A DNA stretch of 64,000 bases, from NCBI RefSeq assembly GCF_009914755.1, contig NC_060944.1; one strand, 5' to 3'. The DNA is from the human T2T-CHM13v2.0 reference genome, Homo sapiens. Shown piece after piece: positions 41,170-53,499 of this stretch. Positions within the stretch are counted from its first letter, which is position 1. Every line of letters starts with the position of its first letter. Below the pieces are notes generated by a model. It saw only the letters and a list, made by a program, of their open reading frames with translations. It searched no databases and was not told where the DNA came from. The position numbers and the translations under genes are program-made.

Positions 41170-41950
41170 TTTAAAAGTAGTCATGCATAATTATGTTTTC
41201 AAATATGGCTGCTAATTGCGCAAAAAAACTGATATTCTAAGTTTTTATCTTCTTTTTGCAGGAGATGTGGCTCCTAAAATCATGGAAAAAATTAACTTGG
41301 AGTTTAGGCTTGTGCCACTACCCTGAGTGATTCAAACTATTATTGTGCGGTATATAATTTTTTGACCAAAAAATGTTAACTATAACTTTTTACACAGGGC
41401 ATTTAATTTAATCACGGCGACCTGAAATCATAGTCTTTCCCTGTAATGGTTTTAAAGTACCATTCCAGCCACTCAGGATGAAGTGCTCAGGAATAATTCA
41501 GGTGCCTCATCTAATGCCCTCACTTATAGACCTCCGGCAGAAAATGGGGATTCTGCAGTTTGTTTTTACTGGCTGTATTGATCTGATCTGAAGAATTTCT
41601 TCCTCCACAGCTAAATCAGTAAATTCCACACTTAGCTGGCATTTTGCTCCAGTACTTATACGGAGAGTTGAATTTGGAGTCATGAAACAATATATTGTCA
41701 CTGTTACTGATCCTGGCGCATTGCTATTAAGGGGAGTCTATAAAATTCTTGCCTGTGTGTGGAAAATCACTATTGCCAAACATCAGGGATGAGATAAGCC
41801 TCTTGAAAATAAGATATGCCTGCTTATATTCCATTGTATATCTCTCTAGTAGCCTTTGGTGTGAATCATGTTATTTGAGGGCATATTTGGCTTTTTCAAA
41901 TTGTTAATGCTCGTGGAATCTTTCTTCAGAGATCAAGTTTTAGGCTTTTT
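41170..41950. promoter_or_regulatory. Candidate strongly conserved enhancer
   Basis: About 800 bp repeat-free; POU-type atgcataattat, C/EBP palindrome ttgcgcaa 41216-41223, SOX palindrome acaatatattgt 41687-41698, 7 CpGs. Inference only. Confidence 0.45.
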
Positions 41951-41994
41951 GCTTCCTTTTCAAAATCAGGGGCTACTAATGTTAAATGGACTTT

Positions 41995-42230
41995 ATATCA
42001 TAAGAGCTAAACATGATTGAGCTCTTCCTGTGTGCCCTAGTGTGTGGTAGGCACTTTTTCATCATTATCCAATTTAGTCTTCACAACTACCTTGTGGAGT
42101 AGATATTATTATTACTCCCATTTTACAGATGATGCCACTGGAGCTTAGTGGATTAATAAAATCACACAGCTAGTAAATGATAGAGCTCAGAGAGTCAAAT
42201 TCAGGGCTCTTTTCTTTAGAAACCCAGCCC
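41995..42230 (-). mobile_element. MIR
   Basis: 'tttagtcttcacaactaccttgtggagtagatattattattactcccattttacagatga...cacacagctagtaaatgatagagc'. Confidence 0.85.
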
Positions 42231-42538
42231 TTTCCTGAGGTGATATCCTCGAATTAAATTCTTTTTTTGGGGAGGGCCCTGATTGGTCAACACATCCTTT
42301 GATGGGCAGCCAGCTGGGCAGTGATCAAGAGTGGAAGCAAGAGGCCAGAGCCTTAAGTTGGTAGACCACAAGCCCGGGAATGTGTTTCCTCTTCCTTTGT
42401 ATTTCAGTTAGGAGACTGTAAGGCTGGCCCACTCCTCATCCCTTCCAAGACTCCACAAAAACTAGCTCACTGATCATGTCTGATTTTTCACCTTAGGTAG
42501 GCAAAAATAAATTTTTAGAGAGGAAAAAGAAAAAAAAA

Positions 42539-42540
<2 letters not shown>

Positions 42541-42588
<48 letters not shown>
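42541..42588. repeat. (AC)24 microsatellite after an A-run
   Basis: Pure run. Confidence 0.97.
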
Positions 42589-42590
<2 letters not shown>

Positions 42591-42969
42591 CCCCAATAAG
42601 CATTAAAAAATAGCATCTCAGGGAACAAAGGATATGCTTGATTCTACAGGCATTCCAGCTTAAAGGAGGTCTTGTTCTGTTAAAGCTTGCAGAAAACAAA
42701 AGGGCTGCAGCTTTCCTGGATTTGATGTTTCTCTCTAGAGGAGCAGTGCCATTCAAACTAATCAAAGTTTTACTGGGTTCAGAAATGCCAAACCAGCACA
42801 TTTTGTATTCCTATTCCCCCAAAAACACTGTCTGCAAGTGAAAAACATCTGCATCTAAAACAAGACAATTAACAAGAAGACACGCGCGAGGCTGATGCTA
42901 ATGCTGCGGTCTATTTTTGGTTGCCAGCTAAGTGAGGTGCAGAAGCAGAGAAGGAGAGCGTGCCTCCCT

Positions 42970-43607
42970 CTTTTTTTATTTTTTTCATTTTTATTTTTTA
43001 AACTGCGGTCAAATGTACATAACATAAGATTTACCATTTGCACCATCTTTTAAATGTACAGTTCAGTGGCATTAAGCACATTGACATTGTTGTGCAACCG
43101 TCACCACCATCTGTCTCCAGAACTTTTTAATCCTCCCAAACCGAAACTCCATACTCATGAAGCATTAACTAACTCCCAACTCCTCCCTACCCCCCAACTC
43201 CCAGCAACCACCCTTCCACTTTCTGTCTCTGAATTTGGCTACTTTAGGTATTTCCTCTAAGAATCATACAATGTTTGTCCTCTTCTGGCTGGCTTATTTC
43301 ACTTAGCATAATGTCCTCAAAGTTCAACCATGTTGTAGCACGTGTCCGAATTTTGTTCTTTTAAAGGCTGAATGATATTCCATCCTATATATGTACCACA
43401 TTTTATTTATCCATTCATTCGTCCATGGGCACGTGGGTTCCATCCACCTTTTCACTATTCTGAATAACGCTGCTATGAACTTAATTGTACAAATATCCAT
43501 TGTGTCCCATTGTTTCCCTGCTTTCAGTTCTTTTGATGTCAAGAAGTGGAATTGCTGGATCATAGAGTAATTCTGTGTTTAATTTTTTTTTTAGGACCGG
43601 CCACACC
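42970..43607 (-). mobile_element. L1MB3-like 3' end
   Basis: 'tgtacagttcagtggcattaagcacattgacattgttgtgcaaccgtcaccaccatctgtctccagaac...gaagtggaattgctggatcata'. Confidence 0.9.
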
Positions 43608-44389
43608 AGTGAGTGAGTCTCTTAACCTTTCTTAAGCCTCTCTCTGGCTAAGCTCAACTCCCTTGGGGAGACTCTAGGGGATGCCACCTGGGAGGGCATT
43701 GTGGTGGAGGGGGTGACACTCCAAGGAGTCTTCTTGGGGAAGGAGCTGAGTGAGAGGTGGTCCTCATGCACCTCATGCAGAAGATACCTTTAGGGAAAGA
43801 GAATGGCTATCCCTGGAGACAGGGATTGAGCAGCAACTGAATTCATAGACAATTTTTGGAAGCCTGATAAATGCCAATGCTAAAGATGTCAAACAGGAAG
43901 AAAAAAATTTTGTTTAAAACAAAGGTTATTGCATTATATTTAAGGACAGATGCTGCTTTTATTTTAGGAAACTCAAGGATGATGGCTGTAATAGGAGTAT
44001 GTTTATTTTAGTTAGGTTCCCTGGGCAAAGCCTACATGGGTGGGGATAATTTTTTATATTTCTACAGGTCAACGAGGAGAAAAGAGTTAATGAGGGCAGG
44101 AAGAGGGAAAAGAGGAGATGTGAGAAAGATTGAGCAAGTGGAGAAAGCCCAAGAAGAGGCCAGGAGGTGAGAGTCTCAGGAGAGAAAGTGGGCCATTGAG
44201 AAGTCCCTGAGTCAGGGGTAGCTAAGGAATGCTGCTGGGTCAGTAAGAACCAACCTTTGACGTATTGTTTCCTGCAACTATATCATCTCCTTGCTTTCAC
44301 TGTAAACCTTAAGTGAATGCTTGCTACCGCAAATGAGCATCGTGTTACTAACATTATCAGGATTTCATGAAGGAAGGGGTTGGTGTTTG

Positions 44390-44625
44390 GCTTAGGTGAG
44401 CTTCCCCCAGAAGGAGATGCTGTAACATGCGTTTCAGTGAAGTAGATCATCTGGGATTTGGGGAGCACCTATAAGGGAGCATAGAAGTGAGATAAAGGGA
44501 AGAAAACGATTCAATATGAGTTCATGAACAGGTTACCTCTGTGAACAACTAGGGCTCAGTCTCCCTGGAACTCTCTGCAAGGCTGTGTAGAACAAGACTC
44601 AGAATTATCCCTGGGGCAGGAAACG
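44390..44625 (-). mobile_element. Ancient ERVL-class LTR fragment (family uncertain)
   Basis: 'ttcccccagaag...gaagtgagataaaggga...ggttacctctgtgaacaactagggctcagt...tgtgtagaacaagactcagaattatcc'. Confidence 0.55.
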
Positions 44626-45359
44626 GAGGGCGATAACTACTTAAAGTCTAGGTCTCATTGCTTTTTAGAATGAGGGCAATTACTGATGCTCTGATGGGTG
44701 CCTTGGAGCAACTTTGTGAGCAAATGTGCAAAGAGTAAATGTTGCTGGGGCCTAAAGATGAGCAAGGTGAATGCATCCTTTTCCTGTATACCCCACTGGC
44801 AGACAATCATGGGCTGAGCTTTCCTGTTTGTCTCCCTAAGCCAGCTCCCACCTCTGATCTTTCAACCATTGGACAGAAACATAGCAACAGGAAGGAGGAA
44901 TATAGCAATAAGAATTTGTTCTAATTCTTCTCTCTCAAGAAGTATTTTCCATAAGATAGAACGCTATTGACATTTTTAGACTTTTATTTATTGGATTAAT
45001 CTCTGATTTATCATTCAGTGTACTTTTCTGTCTGCTATGGAAATGATGAATGATGTCATAATTATAATTTTAAACACTTCAAAAAACATCTCAAAAAATC
45101 CACCTTTCCTCTCCATCGCAAACAACATTCTAGTTTTTGTACATTCCTTTTAGCTCTAGCACTGTGGATAAATTTTACATAATATTAATTATGGCCTGCA
45201 AGGAATTTTATATTCTGCTTTCATCAATTATCTTTTATCATTTAGATTTAATTTATATTTTCTTCAGTCTTTATAGATAATGTTTGAATAGCAACAAAGT
45301 ATTTCATCCAGCGGCTGGACAATAATACATTTCACTAGTCCCCCATTTCTAGAAATGGA

Positions 45360-45750
45360 TGATTATCCCAGATTGGGTTCCAAAGGAAGTGGGCTCCAAA
45401 ACAGACACTTGCAGGGAGATCTATTACAGCGTGCTCTTGAGGATCAATACCTGTGGAAGTCAGGTACAGACAGCACAGGGCAAGAGGGAAGTTGATCTCT
45501 CATGCAGTTATTATGAAGGTGTTAGCTCAGCCCAGGAAGAGCTTTGAAGCAGGGAGGGTCTTGCGAAATTGTGTCAAGTTTGGGCAAGCAGACAGGGCCT
45601 TAACACCATCACATTGATTAGTCACTGGATATGGGCTATAACCTCAGGCAAGGCAGTTTTCTTCAGGCCAGGAAATTTCCAAAGAGGTAGATAGCTGAGG
45701 GCTGTCTTACAGGTCCCTCAGAGCAATGTGGGTAGTGCATCAGTGCCCAG
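45360..45750 (-). mobile_element. LTR16C-like LTR inside an L1ME fragment (~44970-45830)
   Basis: 'gtgctcttgaggatcaatacctgtggaag...agggcaagagggaagttga...gattagtcactggatatgggct...aggcaaggcagttttcttcagg'. Confidence 0.7.
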
Positions 45751-46039
45751 CCCAAGGGCATTTTCCAGTTTTTCTAATTAAATATCACAGCGATGAGCAA
45801 CTTTGGACAGAATGTATTTTCCACTACTTCTTTCTGGAGATTCTGGACAAAATTCAAAAGTTGAAACTTATGTGTTTCCAGCTCTGGGAATTTTGCCTCT
45901 AAAATATTTTCTGACACTGACACAGTTGCTCAAGCTCTTTTGTTTCCCTGATTTCTAAAATGGTGACACCAACTCCAGCTAATTAAAAATATAGTGGGAA
46001 GAAAAGTAACATCATATGTGTGAGGCATTTTGAATATTA

Positions 46040-46205
46040 CAAATGTTTTTCTCAAACTTACATTGGATAATGGTTGTAAAATACAGATTCTCAGGTTCAT
46101 TCCCTAGATATTCCAACTGACAACATTTCAGGGGGCCTAGAAACCTGTATTATGAAACAATATACCACACAATTCTTATCCCTGGGAAAACTGAGAATTG
46201 CTGCT
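46040..46205. mobile_element. MER5 element
   Basis: 'ttttctcaaactt...ttgtaaaatacagattctcagg...ggggcctagaaacctgtatt...ctgagaattgctg'. Confidence 0.6.
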
Positions 46206-46474
46206 TTAGAATATAAAACTTGATGAATCCAGCATATTTGGGTATTACTCTGCTGCTCTTTTAGAAGGAAAACAATTTGCATCCTGTCTCCTTTGCCTGC
46301 ACCCTTCATCAAGTCCACTCTAGTTTCAGCACACTCTTTTGTTATCCTGTCACTTAACCATCTTCTTGAAATAATTACAGTCCAAACTACAAATGTATTT
46401 TCACATGAGCTCTTAAGTAAACATCCCCCACTTATGACTCCCTGCTGGACATTCACTGAGACCCGAAATTGTGG

Positions 46475-46690
46475 AGGCCACTGTGTCAGGCATTTTCTAT
46501 ACATGATGCCATTTAATTCTTTTAGCAACACCTAAGGTAGATTTTATCATCTCTACTTTTCCATGGGAAGAAAAGGACTGTTTTGGAGGTTGAAGAGAGT
46601 GTCCAAAGGCTCGATGAGCTATTAACTCCTCCAAGGTGTTAGGTTTGGCAGTCACTCTTAAAAGTTGTAAAGCCAAACTCTCAAACATTC
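46475..46690 (-). mobile_element. MIR
   Basis: 'cactgtgtcaggcattttctatacatgatgccatttaattctttagcaacacctaaggtag'. Confidence 0.65.
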
Positions 46691-46710
46691 CTCATAAACT
46701 CATGGGTATC

Positions 46711-47235
46711 TGTAACAGAAGACTTTTTCAGTTGTAAGTCACACAAAACCCAATCCAAACTGGCTTAAGCAAAAAGGGAATTTATTGGCTCATGTAACTA
46801 AAAACTCTATGAGTAACTGGCCTTCAGATGTGGCTCTTTGCAGGGGGTCAAATGATGTCATCAAGATTTTTTTTTTGCCTCTCGACTTGAGTAACTGTGT
46901 CTTCTCCATTGTTTCCATTCCCAGAGAGACTCACCTCCTCTTGTAAAGTGGCTGCTATCAACTCCTTCCAGCTTTATCTCCAATGGAAAAGAGTCTTAGG
47001 CAGTCATAGTCACAAGGTCTGGAGAATTTCCATGATTGGAGATACTTCAGACATGTACCTAATATTAACTGTTGCCTGGAAAAAAGACAACTTGGGTCAT
47101 GTGCTCACTCCCTGTTCCTCCAAAAACTTGAAAACTGAGTGGTGGAGGGGCAAATCTCCAAACTAAAATTTGGGCTGTTACACAAAAAACAAAGAATAGA
47201 TGCTGAGGAGCCAATAGGTAAATTTCTACTGCTAT
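46711..47235 (-). mobile_element. MLT1K-like MaLR LTR
   Basis: 'tttcagttgtaagtcacacaaaacccaatccaaactggcttaagcaaaaagggaatttattggctcatgtaact'. Confidence 0.85.
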
Positions 47236-48199
47236 ATCATCAGCTTTTTCTTCACTTTCCTTTTGTATTGAGTCTTGTTAAATATCCTCTAACAGCCTGC
47301 CTAGAGAATTCAAGAACTGTTCCAAAGACTTCATACACTAACTTAGCAATGACTTATTAGACACGTACTGTTATTGTCTCTATACCTACACACAGATGAG
47401 GAGGCAGGAGCCTTTGTTAAAGGTGAAATTGGAACACAGGCCAACTGGCTCCCAGATCCATTCTTTTTCCCACCACCGTCTATGGCCTTTAAAAATCATA
47501 CGTCTTCGTTGTCTAGAGTCAGTGTAATGCCATGGGCTTCACATGATCTCTTTCTGAACCACTCCTAGATAGCATCCAGCCTCAGGTCTCTTCCCCTCCA
47601 TCTATCTAACCTACACATCTTCCTAGAGAATCACACCCACGCTCTCTCACCCACACATCATCTGTAGACACCAGCCACATGCCTCGCTCTACTCTAGATA
47701 CTTGGGAGTGGGAATGAGGAGTATGTGTTCAAGAAGACAGTCTTGATTCTTGCTCAGGCAGAGACCATGGAAAATTAAACAGGGAATTATGAAATAATTC
47801 ACATGCCTTCATATTTTACCTAGGGACAAAGCATCAAATGAATAAACACACATAGTTATGTACTTTGAGTGTCCTTCTGTCAGTGTTATTCATATACTTT
47901 AAGATGAGCTGGCTGAGGGATTAAGAGGCAGCTTTTATTTCTGGTAGCTTATAGATACAAGTTCTCAGCTGCAAAGTTCTGGCTTGGGCCCCTTGTGAGT
48001 TCTTGGACTGCATGAAACTTAAAGCATGATGGTTTTTCCCAGTGGTCCCCCAGATGTGCTAGAGCATCTCTAAGGTATATATGTTAGGTCTTTTCCTAGG
48101 GGATCCCACTATGGTTATGAGAGTGAAAATATGTACAGTATGTCACAAACACCAGCTGTTACCTTGCAATAATGGCATTTCTCTCTGGAGCTGATCCTG

Positions 48200-50680
48200 G
48201 AAGCAGAGAAGTAACATAAATCACACTGGGAAGAGCCTTGGACTAGGAGTCAGGAGGTCAGCATTACAGCTCTCCTATTGCCCTATGTCTGGGTGGTCTC
48301 TATAAAAGTCTCTTCTCTTAAAAACCACATGATTACCTCAATAGGTGCAGAAAAGGCCTTTGATAAAATTCAACATCCTTCATGTAAAAATTCTCAGTAA
48401 ACTAGGTACTGATGGACCATATCTCAAAATAGTAACAGCTATTTATGACAAGCCCACAGCCAATATCATATCGAATGGGCAAAAGCTGGAAGCATTCCCT
48501 TTGAAAACCGGTACAAGACAAGGATGCTCCCTCTTGCCACTCCTATTCAACATAGTATTGGAAGTTCTGGCTAAGATAATCAGGCAAGAGAAAGAAATAA
48601 AGGGTATTCAAATAGGAAGAGAGGAAGTCAAGTTGTCTCTGTTTGCAGATGACGTGATTTTATATTTAGAAACCCCATCATCTCAGCCCAAAACTCCTTG
48701 AACTGATAAGCAACTTCAGCAAAGTCTCGGGATACAAAATCAGTGTGCAAAAATCACAAACATTCCTTTACACCAACAATAGAAAAGCAGAGAGCCAAAT
48801 CATGAATGAACTCCCATTCACAATTGCTACAAAAAGAATAAAATACCTAGCAATACAACAAACAAGGGATGTGAAGGACCTCTTCAAGGAGAACTACAAA
48901 CCACTGCTCAAGGAAATAAGAGAGGGCATAGGAACAAATGGAAAACATTCCATCCTCATAAATAGGAAGAAACAATATCGTGAAAATGACCATACTGCCC
49001 AAAGTAATTTATAGATCCAATGCAATTCCCATCAACTACCTTTGACATTCTCAACAGAATTAGAAAAAACAATTTTAAATTTCGTATGGAACCAAAGAAG
49101 ATCCCGTATAGCCAAGATAATCCTAAGCAAAAAGAACAAAGCTGGAGGCATCATACTACCTCACTTCAAACTATACTACAAGGCTACAGTAACCAAAACA
49201 GCATGGTACTAGTACCAAAACAGACATATAGAGCAATGGAGCAGAAGAGAGACCTCAGAAATAACACCACACGTCTACAACCATCTGATCTTCGACAAAC
49301 CTGACAAAACACGCAATGGGGAAAGGATCTCCTATTCAGTAAATGGTGCTGGGAAAACTGGCTTGCCATATGGAGAAAACAAACTGGATCCCTTCCTTAC
49401 ACCTTATACAAAAATTAACTCAAGATGGATTAAAGCCTTAAATGTAAAACCCAAAATCATAAAAACCCTAGAAGAAAACCTGGGCAATATCATCGAGGAC
49501 ATAGGCATGAGCAAGGACTTCATGACAAAAATGACAAAAGAAATTGCAACAAAAGCCAAAATTGACAAATGGGATCTAATTAAACTAAAGAGCTTCTGCA
49601 CAGCAAAAGAAACTATCATCAGAGTGAGTAGGCATCCTACAGAATGGGAGAAAGTTTTTGCAATCTGCCCATCTGACAAAGGTCTAATACCCAGAATCTG
49701 CAAGGAACTTAAACTTATTTATAAGAAAAAAACAAAAAACCCCATCAAAAATTGGGCAAAGGATATGAACAGACACTTCTCAAAAGACAACATTTATGTG
49801 GCCAACAAATATATGAAAAAAGTTCAACATCACTGATCATCAGAGAAATGCAAATCAAAACCACAATGAGATACCCATCTCACACCAGTCAGAATGGCGA
49901 TTATTACAAAGTCAGGAAACAACAGATGCTGGCAAGGCTGTGGAGAAACAGTAACACTTTTACGCTGTTGGTGGGAATGTAAATTAGTTCAACCATTGTA
50001 GAAGACAGTAGGGCAATTCCTCAATAACCTAGAACCAGAAATACCATTTGACCCAGCAATCCCATTACTGGGCATATACCCAAAAGAATATATATCATTC
50101 TTCTATAATGACACATGCACACATATGTTTATTGCAATGCTATTTACAATAGCAAAGACATGGAAACAAACCAAATGCTCATCAATGATAGACTGGATAA
50201 AGAAAATGTGGTACGTATACACCATGGAATACTATGCAGCCATAAAAAGGAATGAGATCATGTCCTTTGCAGGGACATGGATAAAGCTGGAAACCATCAT
50301 CCTCAGCAAACTAAAACAGGAACAGAAAACCAAACACCGCATGTTCTCACTCATAAGTGGGGGCTGAACATTGAGAACTCATGGGCACAGAGAGGGGAAC
50401 AACACACACCAGGGCCTGTTGTGGGGAAGGGGGTTGGAAGAGGGAACTTAGAGGACAGGTCAGTAGGTGCAGCAAACCACCATGGTACGTGTATATCTTT
50501 GTAACAAACCTGCACATTCTGCACATGTATCCCATTTTTTTAGAAGAAATAAAGAAAAAAATTCTTCAATTAAAAAAATCTGTGATTAATATGAAAAAAA
50601 ACTCTTGTCTTTTCTACATCTCAGGCCTCCCTTTTGCAGAGTGAAGGGATTGAAATAGATAAACATGAAGTGATATTACC
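48200..50680 (+). mobile_element. MIR3-like SINE split by an L1PA
   Basis: 'agagccttggactaggagtcaggag' before the L1 and 'ctcaggcctccc...gtgaagggattgaaatagat' after it. Confidence 0.55.
48320..50595 (+). mobile_element. 5'-truncated L1PA12-like LINE-1 (~2.3 kb, ORF2 RT to 3' UTR, disrupted)
   Basis: ORF2 peptides (LFADD RT motif, [15 protein letters not shown]); 3' UTR 'gagggaacttagaggacaggtcagtaggtgcagc...cccatttttttagaagaaataaag'; TSD aaaagtctcttctctt / aaaaaactcttgtctt. Confidence 0.93.
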
Positions 50681-52249
50681 CACTGTGCCAAGATTGGAGG
50701 ACAAAGAGGCACTGGAGAACATTTTCTAGGTTCTTAGACAAGTTGTATTCTGATCAGGGCGTGGAAAGTTATGACAGAATTTTGTTAGGAATGTGCATAG
50801 AAAGACATCAGGACAGGTGCCAAATCTAGGAACCAGGTGTTCAGAACAGACTCAACTATCCATGTCTCAGGACTGATCAGGGATGAGAGGACATTAGAGA
50901 GACCATATGATGGCATCGAAGTGTGGCCAGAAGCCATATGCGTCTTCATGAGCCTGCATCTCAGGGTTAATTCTTCCAAGTCCTGCCCTTAGTCTGCTTC
51001 CTACTAAGGACTCTTCCTCCTCCTTTCTCTTTCTTGGAATAGTCCCAGGACTTTATTGTCTCACGAGACAGAGACTTTGCCTTCTTCATAGCTTTGCCAC
51101 AGGCAGTTGATCAAATTGCATGGATGGGGAATTCTGGTCCTTATTAGAAAAACAGAGAACTTCTCCCAGATGTGACAAATGTTACACACACTTGCTCTCA
51201 TTCCTTCTCCCTGTGTCTATAAAAACATCACTAACCAATTACTGCTTCTTTCCCCTTGGGCTTGGGCATAGCTTTAGGGTCTTCAGCACAGTCTTCCAAA
51301 CAGCTAGTACCAATCCACTAAAGATGGCACTTAAGATGAAACTGATTGCTCAAACTAGCCTCCAGGTTGTCTCATCGATAGTTCTTTTGAGAATATAACC
51401 TTAGTATCCTCCCATGGTAAGTGGCAACGTGGTTTGAAGCTTAATTTTCAGATAAATAATGAAATAATAGGAGCTGTAAAGACAGATAGAGATAGACAGA
51501 AAAGTTTTAGGTACACTGCCTACAGAAGAGTTGGGTAACTGAGCCTATTTAAGGCTGGAACTCTGGGTCATAGACTGTGAGCATAGGCAGCTGAGCAGAT
51601 GTGGCCAGGGGGTTCCCCATTTGTATCTGTCTGGGCTTAGTACAAATGGACTTCCACATGTCTCCTAGAGTGTCTGGTGTCTCCTAGAGTATCGTTTCAA
51701 CTTGTTGGCTTTCATTCAGATTGGATTTTAGGTACAGACAGGATCGTGTCTACCCATCCTATCATTATTATATTCTACCAGTCTATTAAGAATTGATAAG
51801 TAATGGGCTGGTCCTGTTTCCAGCCCACTTCAATCATGTCTTAGTAATGGGGGTTTCCAAGGAAAGAATTACAATTGAGTAAGCACGTGACCTCCACATT
51901 CATATTTAATCAGATGCCAGAGGACCTTGGGCAGATCTCAGGTTGCCAGGGGTTCTACAAGAAACTGTAGGGTCTTGACTCTTAAAGGGACAAGTTTCGT
52001 CCTTTGTTGGAAATACAATAATAACAATAAATGCAAGAAAAGAAGATACAGAAGATAAGACATTGGCCTGATGTTTTAGTAGAGATCTGGCTTAAGGTGA
52101 AAGCAGTACAGACTGAAAACTTTGGTGTGAAGTTAATCCTTTAGTTTCATGTATCTTTGAAATAACATGGAAAATGTGAGCCTCAACAGAGAACCCTGAG
52201 TTGTCACCATGGCTGTATTTTAGAGTGGACTATTAATTTTCCTAATTAG

Positions 52250-52440
52250 AGACAGTGCAGTGCAGTAGAAAAAGATGTAGGGTCTGACATACCTGGATTT
52301 TAAACTTAACTCCATCCCTTACAATCTATCAACTTGGAACATGAACTTACTCCTCCTAACCTTCAGTTTTCTATCTACAGAAAATGGAGCAAATTGTAAT
52401 TGTTTGTACTGTTTAAATGGCATTTCTCTAGGAAGATGGA
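52250..52440 (+). mobile_element. MIR
   Basis: 'gacagtgcagtgcagtagaaaaag...cctggattttaaac...ccttcagttttctatctacagaaaatggag'. Confidence 0.6.
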
Positions 52441-52809
52441 AGAACCACAGTATTATATATGAGCGTATAGAGATCTGTCCATAGGCATCAGGCACTTTTA
52501 GGTCACCTGTCTTTAGCCCTGTTAGAACAGCATCTTAGACCAGCAAAATCCCAGACACTGTTCCCACCTGGGAGTCTCACTTATTCCCCCTTGTGAAGGG
52601 TAATTGTGCTTGTACAGCCGGTTCAGCCTTTTTCTATTTAGCCAGCACTCAAGTCTCACCAGTGATTCTCAGGAGGCCAGCAATGAATATTGTTTAAATA
52701 GAAAATGTTGTTTGTGCATGCAGTGTCAATGAAGATGTTATTAATACAGCTCCAGGAAAGCAGCTGCTGCCAACCGGCTGGAGAAGCCACAGCCCCATAC
52801 AGAGCCTGT

Positions 52810-53170
52810 CCCACAATTTCAGGGCTGAGAGGCACTTAAAAGGCATCAGGTCTAACCTCTGTCCTATGACCATCTGACCTAGATAGGCTCCAGCAGTTCC
52901 AAGGGAAGGACACCTACCAACCATCTTAACCCATAATGTGGTTTTTCCATCTCTGGATAAATCTGTTCATTACAACTTTTGTGTTTGTTTTCCAGCATTG
53001 GCCTCAAATTTGCTTTTTAAGAATATTCTCTCATTGATGATAATTCAGATCCTTGTGACTACACGGTACAAATAAAATATCCCTTCCTTGTGACAGTTGT
53101 GGCTTCAGGGAGGTGTCTCTACTTGCAGGTTAAGCCTTCCCAGTTTTCCCAAGGATCCTTCAGATATCGT
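52810..53170 (-). mobile_element. L3/CR1 LINE 3' end
   Basis: 'cacaatttcagggctgagaggcacttaaaaggcatcaggtctaacc...caggttaagccttcccagtt'. Confidence 0.6.
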
Positions 53171-53199
53171 GGCTACTGACCTCTATTGCGTCAGACCCA

Positions 53200-53440
53200 T
53201 GTCCCAGCTCCACCTTGGACTAGCTGGCTGTGCAGTCTTAGGCAAGCATCCTTATCTCACCCAAACCCCAGTTTCCTCATGTGTGAAGCAAGAAACACGC
53301 ATGGGTATACATTTACTTAAAATAGTATGGGGCTTGAGGGATGTGAAATTTAAATGAGAACAGTTATAATATGCTTGACACAGTGCCTGGCACATAGTAG
53401 GCACTCAGTAATTATGAGTGATCATTATTGTTGTTTTATC
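53200..53440 (+). mobile_element. MIR
   Basis: 'ccagtttcctcatgtgtgaa...cacagtgcctggcacatagtaggcactcagtaa'. Confidence 0.8.
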
Positions 53441-53499
53441 ATTCAGCTTGGAGCACAGTACCCTAGGTGCGCTCTAATTAACCCATAATTGATCAGAAC

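Noticed and set aside
48345-50367. Series of plus-strand ORFs (118, 89, 157 aa and others)
   Set aside because: Frameshifted L1 ORF2 remnants
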